In this document: positions 20,177-28,432 of the stretch, one piece after another
How positions within the stretch are numbered: the first letter of the stretch is position 1
Layout of the letters: each line of letters starts with the position of its first letter
From: Actinomycetota bacterium
Lineage (GTDB): Bacteria > Actinomycetota > Thermoleophilia > Gaiellales > F1-60-MAGs149
Direction of reading: 5' to 3'
NCBI GenBank assembly: GCA_009885805.1
Contig: VFJZ01000007.1
Span: forward strand, 92,407 to 156,406
DNA: 64,000 bases
Notes under the pieces: generated by a model
What the model saw: the letters and a program-made list of their open reading frames with translations, nothing else
What the model was told of the DNA's origin: nothing
Database searches by the model: none
Translations under genes and position numbers: made by a program

Positions 20177-20925
20177 TGCGTGCCGAGCGCTGGCAGGGAG
20201 CCGGAAACGTGTACCTGCTGATCGAGGGCGCCGCGACGTTGGAGGCGGCGGCGCTGTGCCGGGTCGGCCGGGCGGACGGCATCCTGGTACTCGAGCCGAG
20301 TGCCGTCGCCGACGTCAGCATGCGGATCGTCAATCCCGACGGCACCACCGCCGAGGCCTGCGGGAACGGGACCAGGATGGTCGCGCGGTACGTCGCCGAG
20401 CGGGACGGGCTGACGCAGGTGCGGATCGCGACGGTGGCCGGGGTGCTCGCCGCGCAGGTCGAGGCGGACGGCACCGTCAGGGCCTCGTTGGCGCCGGCCA
20501 GGCTCAGCGACCCGCGCCAGTACCGTCCCGAGGCCGCGGGGTCGATCGGGTACGCGCACCGCTTCGTGTCGGTGGGCAACCCGCACCTCGTGATCCGTGT
20601 CCCGGACGTCGCATCCTTCCCGCTCGGCGCCGAGGGCCCGCGGCTGGAAACGCACCCAGCGGTGCCCGAACGCGCCAATGTCGAGATCTGGCAGGTGCGT
20701 GGCGACGGCGGCGTGCAGATGCGCGTCTGGGAGCGGGGTGTCGGGGAGACGCAGGCCTGCGGCAGCGGCGCCTGCGCCGTCGCCGTCGCCGCCGTGCTGG
20801 ATGGCGCGGCCTTCGGCCCGGTCGCCGTCCACCTCCCTGGCGGCGTGCTCGCGATCGAGGTCGGCGCCGACCTGGCCGTGACGATGACGGGACCGGCCGA
20901 GCGTCTGGAGGTGCTCGAGCTGTGA
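20176..20925 (+). CDS. dapF: Diaminopimelate epimerase DapF
   Basis: Both catalytic Cys motifs are present (CGNGTRMVARY and ACGSGACA). The motif SVGNPHLV is also present. ATG 20176 overlaps the dapE stop. Confidence 0.8.
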   Translation: MRAERWQGAGNVYLLIEGAATLEAAALCRVGRADGILVLEPSAVADVSMRIVNPDGTTAEACGNGTRMVARYVAERDGLTQVRIATVAGVLAAQVEADGTVRASLAPARLSDPRQYRPEAAGSIGYAHRFVSVGNPHLVIRVPDVASFPLGAEGPRLETHPAVPERANVEIWQVRGDGGVQMRVWERGVGETQACGSGACAVAVAAVLDGAAFGPVAVHLPGGVLAIEVGADLAVTMTGPAERLEVLEL

Positions 20926-22067
20926 GATTCTCCCGACGCCTCGACTCCCTGCCGGAGTACCTGACGACGCGCCTGAACCGGCGCGTCGCGGAGCGACGGG
21001 CGCTCGGGCGCGACGTCATCTCGCTCGGTGTCGGCGACCCCGACCTGCCGCCGCCGGAGGAGGCGCGCGCCGCGCTCGCGGCTGCCGTCCGGCGGCCTGA
21101 CGTCGCGCACTACCCGACGAACCGCGGGATCGCGCCGCTGCGCGAGGCGGTCGCACGCTTCTATGCCGAACGATTCGGCGTCGCCATCGATCCGGACACG
21201 GAGGTGATGCCGCTGCTCGGCGCGAAGGAGGGCCTCGCGCACCTCGCGCTCGCGCAGCTCGATCCCGGTGACGTGGCGCTCGTCGCGGACCCCGGCTACC
21301 CGGTCTACGCCGGCGGCCCGACGCTGGCCGGGGCCGAGGCGTTCGGACTGCCGTTGCTCGCTGCGAACGGGTTCCAGCCCGACCTCCCCGCGGTGCCGGC
21401 AGACGTTCGCGCGCGGGCGAACCTCGTCATCATCGGCTACCCCAACAACCCGACCGGCGCCGTTGCCGCCGACGGGCTGTTCGCGGACCTGGCCGGCTGC
21501 GGCATCCCCGTCTGCCACGACAACGCCTACTCCGAGATCACCTTCGACGGCTACGTCGCGCCGAGCTATCTCGCGACCGCCGGGGCCCGCGACAGCGGCA
21601 TCGAGATCCTCTCCCTCTCGAAGGCGTTCAGCCTGCCCGGTTGGCGGATCGCGTTCGCCGTCGGGAACGCCGCCATGATCGCCAACCTGCACCGCCTCAA
21701 GACGAACGTCGACGCCGGCATGTTCGTCGCCCTCCAGGAGGCGGCGATCGCGCTGCTCGATCTGCCGGCGTCCGTGCGGCGGGCCGTCGCCGATGTCTAC
21801 GAGCGTCGCCGCAACCTCGCCTGCGAGCTGCTGACGGCCGCCGGGGTCGCCGTCGACGTGCCGCGCGCCGGCATGTACATCTGGCTCGCCGTGCCGGACG
21901 GGTCCGACTCGCTCGCGTTCGCCGAGCGGATGCTGACGCAGGCCGACGTCGTCGTTTCGCCCGGCGTCGCCTACGGCGCGGCCGGCGAGGGCTACGTGCG
22001 CCTCGCGCTGACGCAGCCCGACGACCGGCTCGGCGAGGCCGTCCGGCGAATGACGCGGGCGCTGTAG
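20922..22067 (+). CDS. Class I/II PLP aminotransferase, probably N-succinyl-diaminopimelate aminotransferase (DapC-like)
   Basis: GTG 20922 overlaps the dapF stop. It has an aminotransferase fold with the PLP-Lys context (LSLSKAFSLPGWRIAF) and NPTG. Its place in the dap cluster supports the call. Confidence 0.7.
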   Translation: MRFSRRLDSLPEYLTTRLNRRVAERRALGRDVISLGVGDPDLPPPEEARAALAAAVRRPDVAHYPTNRGIAPLREAVARFYAERFGVAIDPDTEVMPLLGAKEGLAHLALAQLDPGDVALVADPGYPVYAGGPTLAGAEAFGLPLLAANGFQPDLPAVPADVRARANLVIIGYPNNPTGAVAADGLFADLAGCGIPVCHDNAYSEITFDGYVAPSYLATAGARDSGIEILSLSKAFSLPGWRIAFAVGNAAMIANLHRLKTNVDAGMFVALQEAAIALLDLPASVRRAVADVYERRRNLACELLTAAGVAVDVPRAGMYIWLAVPDGSDSLAFAERMLTQADVVVSPGVAYGAAGEGYVRLALTQPDDRLGEAVRRMTRAL

Positions 22068-22078
22068 GCTTCGCCTGC

Positions 22079-23356
22079 GTGGCAGAGGCCTTTCACATCG
22101 TCCGAGACGCCGAGCCCGAGCGGGCGCTGATCATGGCCGTCTGGCCCTCAGGTCACGACGGCGAGGCCGAGCTCGACGAGATGGAGGAACTCCTGCGCAC
22201 GGCGCGGGTCGCCACCGTCGGCCGGATCGTCCAACGCCGCAGCGCTCCCCATCCGCGCACCTACCTGGGACCCGGCAAGCTGCAGGAGCTCCAGGTGCAG
22301 TTCCACGAGGCCGGCGCCGAGGTCGTCGTCTGCGACGACGAGCTGTCACCCGTTCAGCAGCGCATCCTCGAGGACACGCTCGAGGTCCGCGTGATCGACC
22401 GCACGACGGTGATCCTCGACATCTTCGCCGCGCACGCACACACCGCCGAGGGGAATCTCCAGATCGAACTCGCTCAGCTCGAGTACGCGTTGCCGCGGAT
22501 GCGCGGGCTGTGGAAGCACCTCGAACGGCTCGGCGGTGGCGTCGGCACACGCGGGCCGGGCGAGTCACAGCTCGAAACCGACCGCCGTCTGGCGCGCAAG
22601 CGCGTGACGCTGCTCAAGTCCCGCCTCGCTCGCGCGTCGCAGCACCGCCGCACGACCCGCGCCCGTCGCCAGGCCTCGGAGACACCGTCGGTGGCCCTGG
22701 CGGGCTACACGAACGTCGGCAAGTCGACGCTCCTGAATGCCCTGACGGGGTCCGATGTGTCGATGGCGGACCGCCTGTTCGAGACACTCGATCCGACCAC
22801 CCGGGCCTACGTCTACAACGGCAGGGCGTACACGCTGACGGACACGGTCGGCTTCATCCGCAAGCTCCCGCACGGCCTGGTCGACGCCTTCTCCTCGACG
22901 CTCGAGGAGACCCTCGCCGGCGACCTCATCCTGCATGTCGCCGATGCCTCGGCCGAGGAGTCCGAGCGACTCGCGCAGCAGCAGGCCGTCGATGCCGTGC
23001 TCGACGAGATCGGCGCGCGGGACATTCCCCGCCTCCTCGTCCTCAACAAGATCGACCTCGTGGATCCGGTCACCGTGCGCCGGCTGCGTAATGCGAATCC
23101 GACAGCGGTCCTGGTAGCAGCACGCACGGGTGAGGGGATCGACGAGCTCGAGCAGGCGGTCGCGGCGTTCTTCGCCTCCCGGTTCGAACCGGTCGAACTG
23201 CTGGTCCCTCATGCGCAGGGGGCGACGCTCGCGGCGCTGTACGCACTCGGCACGCCGATCGAGCGCGAGGACACCGCCGACGGCGTCGTGATACGCGCTC
23301 ACCTGCCGGCTTCTGAGGCGCGCCGGTTCGCGTCCTTCCGGACGGATGGCGCGTGA
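22079..23356 (+). CDS. hflX: GTPase HflX
   Basis: It has the HflX N-domain, G1 GYTNVGKSTLLN, G3 DTVGFI and G4 NKID. The start is uncertain (GTG 22079 or ATG 22133). Confidence 0.85.
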   Translation: MAEAFHIVRDAEPERALIMAVWPSGHDGEAELDEMEELLRTARVATVGRIVQRRSAPHPRTYLGPGKLQELQVQFHEAGAEVVVCDDELSPVQQRILEDTLEVRVIDRTTVILDIFAAHAHTAEGNLQIELAQLEYALPRMRGLWKHLERLGGGVGTRGPGESQLETDRRLARKRVTLLKSRLARASQHRRTTRARRQASETPSVALAGYTNVGKSTLLNALTGSDVSMADRLFETLDPTTRAYVYNGRAYTLTDTVGFIRKLPHGLVDAFSSTLEETLAGDLILHVADASAEESERLAQQQAVDAVLDEIGARDIPRLLVLNKIDLVDPVTVRRLRNANPTAVLVAARTGEGIDELEQAVAAFFASRFEPVELLVPHAQGATLAALYALGTPIEREDTADGVVIRAHLPASEARRFASFRTDGA

Positions 23357-23790
23357 TGGAGTTGCCGTTCCGACTGCTGACGGCTGACGCGCGCCTGCCG
23401 GAGGCCGCGCATGACGGGGACGCCGGCCTCGACCTCCGGAGCGTCGAGGCGGTGGTCCTGCCTCCCGGGGGACGTCGTCTGGTGCCGTGCGGGCTGGCCG
23501 TCGAGATTCCACCCGTCCACGCGGGGTTCGTGATCCCCCGCAGCGGCCTGGCAGCGAGACACGGCATCACGATCCTGAATGCGCCTGGCCTCGTCGACGC
23601 GGGCTACCGAGGCGAGCTGAAGGTGGCGCTGCTCAACACCGATGCCAGCGAGCCGTTTGCGATCGAGATCGGCGACCGGATCGCGCAACTGGCGATCGTC
23701 GCGCTGCCGCAGCTACGGCCTGTGGCGGTGGAGGAACTCTCTGCGTCGGCCAGGGGCGTAGGCGGGTTCGGCTCGAGCGGAGTCGCCTGA
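23353..23790 (+). CDS. dut: dUTP diphosphatase
   Basis: The 145-aa protein carries dUTPase motifs (AGLDL, PRSGLA, GLVDAGYRGE, RGxGGFGSSG). Confidence 0.9.
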   Translation: MMELPFRLLTADARLPEAAHDGDAGLDLRSVEAVVLPPGGRRLVPCGLAVEIPPVHAGFVIPRSGLAARHGITILNAPGLVDAGYRGELKVALLNTDASEPFAIEIGDRIAQLAIVALPQLRPVAVEELSASARGVGGFGSSGVA

Positions 23791-23791
23791 C

Positions 23792-24247
23792 GTGCACCGG
23801 CCACCGCGGATACGCGTCGCTGCGCTGATCGTCCAGGACGACCGCGTGATGCTGATCCGGCACGAGAAGGACGGGCGCCGCTACTGGCTCCTGCCCGGGG
23901 GCGGCGTCGAGGCTGGCGAGACGCTCGAGGCCGCGTTGAGACGCGAGTTACGCGAGGAGTGCGGGCTGCGGCAGCCAGCGATCGGCGGGCCGGTGGCGCT
24001 GGCCGAATCGATCGCGCCGGCACACGTTCGCGATGGTCGGCACATCCTGCACGTCGTCTTCGCGGTCGACGTCACGCCCGGCGCGCTGGCCCTTGTCGCG
24101 TCGAACGACGGCGCGATCAGGAATCACGCCCTGATGACGCGCAGCGAGCTGACGGAAGTGGACGTCCGCCCGCCGATCCAGCGGTACCTCGCCCGCTATC
24201 AGCCGGGCGATCCGTTCATCGCGCTCGGCGCCGCCTGGACGCCGTAG
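23792..24247 (+). CDS. NUDIX hydrolase
   Basis: The Nudix box is GGGVEAGETLEAALRRELREECGL. Confidence 0.8.
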   Translation: MHRPPRIRVAALIVQDDRVMLIRHEKDGRRYWLLPGGGVEAGETLEAALRRELREECGLRQPAIGGPVALAESIAPAHVRDGRHILHVVFAVDVTPGALALVASNDGAIRNHALMTRSELTEVDVRPPIQRYLARYQPGDPFIALGAAWTP

Positions 24248-24356
24248 GGTACGCTCACGCAGCGACGTCCGGCTGCCGATATCCGCCTCGTGACTCGCCC
24301 CGCGGGCTGGCGCCGCCGTCGTTCTCGTCGCAGGCGTCGGCGGTGGCCTGATCGCG

Positions 24357-25432
24357 ATGGCGCTGCCACGCGACACGCCCACCGAGGCCCGGCACGCGAT
24401 CGCTGCTGCCCGGCAGGTCGGGCACGGCCTGCGCGCCGGCCAGGCGAAGCAGAAGGCGTACGGCATGCTCGGCTCCATGGTCACGTATCTGGCGTCGCTC
24501 GGCGCGTTCGGTGACGAGCCACCGGCGGGCCTCGCCCGCTTCACGGCCGTCGGGTCGGCCGCGCTCCAGTCGCAGTCGCGGGATGCGCGGGTCGACCTCC
24601 TCGCCACGCTCGGTCACGAGCTGCCGTCCCGCGCGAGGACACTGATAGCCGCCGGGCAGTCGGAGCCCGAACTGGAGGCGGTACTGCAGCCGCTGGACAC
24701 CGGCACCCTGACCGCGCTGCGGGCCGGACCGAGCCCCGTCGACCCGCAACCCTACGTCCTCGCGATCGAGACGCTGGAGGCGCGGGTCGCGGACAGCAGG
24801 GAGGCCGTCGCGGAGGCCACGGCGACGCTCGTCGCAACGCCGTCGATCCGAGCCGTGCCGCTCGCCAGAACACCGTTGGTTGCAGGTCTGGCCCTCCTCG
24901 GCCTGATGCTTGGCGTCGCCGCTGTCGGGTTGGCGGCAGCTCGCCGGCACGGCGCGCAGTCGGTGGTCGGTGGCACGGACGCACTCACCGGCGCCTGGAC
25001 TCGACGGCGGTTGGGGGAGGCCCTCGACGACTCGGCTGGCACCGGCGCCGTCGTGATGGTGGACATATCGACCACTTCAAGTCGCTCAACGACGCCTGCG
25101 GACATCCCGCCGGCGATGACGCCCTTCGGCGTGTGGCGAGTGCCATCGGCGCGTGCCTGCGGCGCTCCGACGGCCTCCATCGGTACGGCGGCGAGGAGTT
25201 CTGCGCGCTGCTGGCCGGAGCGGACGAGATCGCGGCGACGCCGGTCGCCGAGCGGATTCGGCAGGTGATCGAGGCGCTGCCGGTCGACGGCGAAGAGCGG
25301 TTGCCGACCGGCCGGCTGACGGTATCGATCGGCGTCGCCGCGCACCTGAGCTCGCCACGCGCCGCCCTCGTGGCCGCTGATCGAGCGCTGTACGCCGCCA
25401 AGGAGGGTGGCCGCAACCGCGTGGAGAGATGA
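24357..25432 (+). pseudogene. Membrane-anchored GGDEF diguanylate cyclase interrupted by a +2 frameshift (ATAT at 25065..25068)
   Basis: ORF 24357..25268 reads ...TDALTGAWTRRRLGEALDD..AVVMVDI and then loses the family signature. Shifting frame at 25067 restores DHFKSLNDACGHPAGDDALRRVASAIG...RYGGEEFCALL...DRALYAAKEGGRNRV, which ends at 25432. Removing one AT from GACATATCGACCAC gives the canonical DIDHF. Confidence 0.7.
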
Positions 25433-25453
25433 GGCCCGCGGCGTAGCTCGCAG

Positions 25454-26176
25454 TTACCGGCGCTCGGCGCGGGCGATGCGCGCCGCGCCCGCGGCCGCCT
25501 GCAGCTCCAACGCGTCATCGAGCGGCGCCAGCGCCCCGCCGCCTCGTCGAGCGACGGCCCGGGCGAGCAGTTCGTCCGCGATCCACGGGTTCTTCGGCAG
25601 CAACGGGCCGTGAACGTACGTGCCGATGATGCCCGGCGCCCGGCAGCCCTCCAGACCGTCCGCACCATTGTTGCCCGCTCCCGCGACGACCGAACCCAGC
25701 GGCCTCGTGTCGCTGCCGAGGAACGTCCGGCCGGCGTGATTCTCGAAACCGACCATCGTCCGACCCTCGCCGCAGTCGACCAGCACGTTGCCGATCAGAC
25801 GGGTATCGCCGGCGATCGTCTCCAGGTCGACGAGGCCGGTACCCAGCATCTCGTCGCCGTGGTGGCCGCGATAGCGATGGCCGAGCAGCTGAAAGCCGCC
25901 GCAGACCGCGAGGATACTGGCGCCGTCGTCGACGGCAGCGCGTAGCTGCGACGTCTGGGTGCGCAGCGCGTCGGCGACGAGCAGCTGATCGCGGTCCTGC
26001 CCGCCGCCGATCAGAATCAGGTCGGCCCGCGCAGGGTCGAGCGTCTCGCCGAGGCCGAGTGGTTCCACGCGGACGGCGATGCCGCGCCACGCTGCCCGCT
26101 GGACGAGCACGCGAACGTTGCCGCGATCGGCGTAGATCGACAGCAGCGAGGGGTAGACGGGGACGATCGTGATCAT
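25454..26176 (-). CDS. gatD: Lipid II isoglutaminyl synthase, glutamine amidotransferase subunit GatD (CobQ/CobB-type GATase)
   Basis: The nucleophile motif AVCGGFQLLG and the His (YVHG) are present. It lies downstream of and overlaps murT, the canonical pairing. Confidence 0.8.
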   Translation of the reverse strand: MITIVPVYPSLLSIYADRGNVRVLVQRAAWRGIAVRVEPLGLGETLDPARADLILIGGGQDRDQLLVADALRTQTSQLRAAVDDGASILAVCGGFQLLGHRYRGHHGDEMLGTGLVDLETIAGDTRLIGNVLVDCGEGRTMVGFENHAGRTFLGSDTRPLGSVVAGAGNNGADGLEGCRAPGIIGTYVHGPLLPKNPWIADELLARAVARRGGGALAPLDDALELQAAAGAARIARAERR

Positions 26177-27534
26177 GGCGCCCGCTCCTCCCAGTACGGG
26201 CGCACCAGGCCGCGCGCGGTTGCCGTTCGCTGGAGTTCCAGCATCGCCGTGTAGGTCGGCAGGACGTACGCGGTGCCGCCCGCCTCGGCGAGGGCGAGCG
26301 CTCGATCGAACGCCGCCGCCGGATCGACCACGACCTCGAGGCGCGCCGGCTCGACGTCCGCGTACCGGCAGCGCAGCGCGATGTCGGCCGCGCGCGTACC
26401 GCTGCAGACGACGTGGCGCGCAGCCGGCAGCACGTCCTCGAAGTCGACATCCCAGATCCAGGAGACGTCGCGCCCGTCGGCGATGCGGTCGTTGAGGACG
26501 AGGAGCACCACGCCGCCGGTGATCTGCGGCGCGAGCGTCCGCAGCGCCTCGTTCGCCCCGGCGGGATTCTTGATCAGCAGCAGCACCGCTTCGCGGTCGC
26601 CTGCGGCGATCCGCTCGAAGCGCCCGAACGGGGCGCGGAAGCCGCCGATCCGATCGGCTGCGGTCTCGGGCGCGACGCCGAGGGCGACCGCGAGTGCGTA
26701 GGCGCCGGCGGCGTTGTAGGCGTTGTAGATGCCGGGAAGCGCCAACGTGGCCGGCCTACCGTCGAGCCGCAGGCTGCTCCCAGCGAGGCCGCGGGGCCGG
26801 ATCTCCGTCGCGGCGACCGTGAGCGGCGGGCGGCCGGTGCCGCAGTCCCCGCAGCGCCATGCGCCGAGGTGGCCGAGGTAGACGGCGTCGTAGACGAGTG
26901 CAGCCCCACAGCGCCGGCACGTGATGGAGTCGGCCGCGTGGGGGAGACCCGCGAGCGCCACCGAAGGATCGTCGAGCCCGACGTACACCACGTTCTCGCG
27001 CCCCTCGCCCAGCGCCGCGACGAGCGGGTCGTCGGCGCAGAGGACGAGCGTCGTCGTCACGGGCAGGCGGTCGACCATCTCACGCCAGCGCCGCGCGATC
27101 AGCTCGAGTTCGCCGTAGCGGTCGAGCTGATCGCGGAAGAGGTTGCCGAGGAGCACGGCACGCGGCCCGATCCGCGCGGCCACCTCGGGCAGGGCGAACT
27201 CGTCGACCTCGAACAGCCCGAGCCGCGCCGCCGCCGGCCGGCTGACGAGTGCGCTCGCGACGCCGGAGGTGAGGTTCGCGCCCGCCGCGTTCCGGCAGAC
27301 GGCCAGATCCGGCTGGATGAGGGCTGCCGCAAGGGCTGCCGTCGTCGTCTTCCCGTTCGTCGCCGACACGAGTGCGACGCCGTCGGGCAGACGAGCGGCC
27401 ATGCGCTCGATCGCATCGGGCGCGAGGCGCAGCAGCGCTCGCCCGGGCAGCGTCGTGCCGCCGCCGCGACCGGAGCGGCGAGACAGCGAGCCGAGCGTGC
27501 GGGCGGCGGCGGCCTTCGCGGCGAACAGCGGCAC
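26173..27534 (-). CDS. murT: Lipid II isoglutaminyl synthase, Mur-ligase-like subunit MurT
   Basis: It has the Mur ligase P-loop SATNGKTTT, a Cys4 ribbon (CRRCGAALVY...WRCGDCG) and a DUF1727-like C-terminus. The start is taken as GTG 27534. Confidence 0.8.
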   Translation of the reverse strand: MPLFAAKAAAARTLGSLSRRSGRGGGTTLPGRALLRLAPDAIERMAARLPDGVALVSATNGKTTTAALAAALIQPDLAVCRNAAGANLTSGVASALVSRPAAARLGLFEVDEFALPEVAARIGPRAVLLGNLFRDQLDRYGELELIARRWREMVDRLPVTTTLVLCADDPLVAALGEGRENVVYVGLDDPSVALAGLPHAADSITCRRCGAALVYDAVYLGHLGAWRCGDCGTGRPPLTVAATEIRPRGLAGSSLRLDGRPATLALPGIYNAYNAAGAYALAVALGVAPETAADRIGGFRAPFGRFERIAAGDREAVLLLIKNPAGANEALRTLAPQITGGVVLLVLNDRIADGRDVSWIWDVDFEDVLPAARHVVCSGTRAADIALRCRYADVEPARLEVVVDPAAAFDRALALAEAGGTAYVLPTYTAMLELQRTATARGLVRPYWEERAP

Positions 27535-27581
27535 GGGGGCAGCGTACCCGCAGCAGGCTGTACGACATTCAACGCGTGGCC

Positions 27582-27609
27582 TTGCAAATTTGTGGCAGCA
27601 CTCTATGCT
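27582..27609 (+). promoter_or_regulatory. Candidate sigma-70-type promoter (TTGCAA-N16-TATGCT) for the 27711 gene
   Basis: The hexamers lie in the lower-GC divergent spacer between murT and the repeat-protein gene, ~100 nt upstream of ATG 27711. Confidence 0.3.
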
Positions 27610-27710
27610 GGGAGACGAGAGGGTTCGTACGCTCGTCGGGTTCTGGCGATATTCCGCGAGCAGAGTCTCCGGCCCGACTTCGGGCCTCAACCGACGGTAG
27701 GCGGCAACGG

Positions 27711-28397
27711 ATGCGATCGAAGACGGTCTTCACGGCACTCGAACACATTGATCAGGAGCGCCTGGCGCAGTTCCAGGCGGGAATGCGCAAGCGGTACTCG
27801 GACACGCAGATTCTCGAACAGTTGCGTGCCTGCTCGCAGCGCCTCGGCAAGTCGCCGACGATGCGCGAGTTCGAGGGAGACGCCGAGACGACCGTCCACC
27901 CGCAGACCGTGATCGAGCACTTCGGCAGCTGGAACGCCGCCAAGCGCCAGGCCGGCCTGGTGCCCCGTCGGTTCGCCACCCGCGAGGAGCTGCTGGATCA
28001 GCTCCGTTCGCTCGGGGAGGAGCTCGGTCGCGTGCCGAGCGCGAAGGACATCGAGGCTCGGCGCGGCCGGATGCCCTCCAAGTCGCTGTACTGGCACACG
28101 TTCGGTTCGCTGACCAGCGCACTCCGCGAGGCGGGCTTCGATGTCGTCGTCGGCGAGGAGCGCCTCGGGCGCGCGATCGACCAGGGCGTCCTGCTCGCGA
28201 TCCAGCTCGGTCGGCTACCGAAGTTCGCCGACTGGGCGGAGGCGCGCCGGTCCGACATCAACCTCCTGACCGAATGGCAGGTCTACCGGATGTTCGACGC
28301 CCGGCGCGGCGCGTGGTCGACGTTCCAGTTCCTCGTGCGCGAGCGCCTCGCGGCCCAGGACGTGGACGTCTCGCCGGACGGCATTCTCGTTTCGTAG
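27711..28397 (+). CDS. Protein composed of three homing-endonuclease-associated repeats (HNH_repeat-like), with no nuclease domain
   Basis: There are three ~55-aa units. The first two end ...HFGSWNAAKRQAGL and ...TFGSLTSALREAGF, and the third is more degenerate (...RRGAWSTFQFLV). Each unit begins with a helical LxxLRxxxxxLGRxP segment. Confidence 0.6.
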   Translation: MRSKTVFTALEHIDQERLAQFQAGMRKRYSDTQILEQLRACSQRLGKSPTMREFEGDAETTVHPQTVIEHFGSWNAAKRQAGLVPRRFATREELLDQLRSLGEELGRVPSAKDIEARRGRMPSKSLYWHTFGSLTSALREAGFDVVVGEERLGRAIDQGVLLAIQLGRLPKFADWAEARRSDINLLTEWQVYRMFDARRGAWSTFQFLVRERLAAQDVDVSPDGILVS

Positions 28398-28432
28398 CGC
28401 ATGAAACGTTGGGGCCAGGCCCCAACGTTCCA

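Noticed and set aside
21641-22078. Long Arg-rich N-terminal extensions of several track ORFs, namely 1178 (pstA), 2533 (pstB), 3267 (phoU), 8989 (rodZ-like), 9807 (cinA), 13480 (rny), 18076 (dapD), 19669 (dapF), 20256 (aminotransferase), 21641 (hflX), 32675 (fliE), 41411 (TIGR02530-like) and 52890..54239 (ctaE).
   Set aside because: The extensions overlap the preceding, well-supported gene in another frame and have shadow-ORF composition. In each case an internal ATG or GTG coincides with the upstream stop codon or an RBS and with the start of family homology.
24255-24950. 231-aa minus-strand ORF overlapping the N-terminal half of the GGDEF gene.
   Set aside because: It has shadow-ORF composition (Arg/Gly/Asp/Gln-rich) and no motifs. 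The plus-strand frame encodes a TM segment contiguous with a recognisable GGDEF domain.
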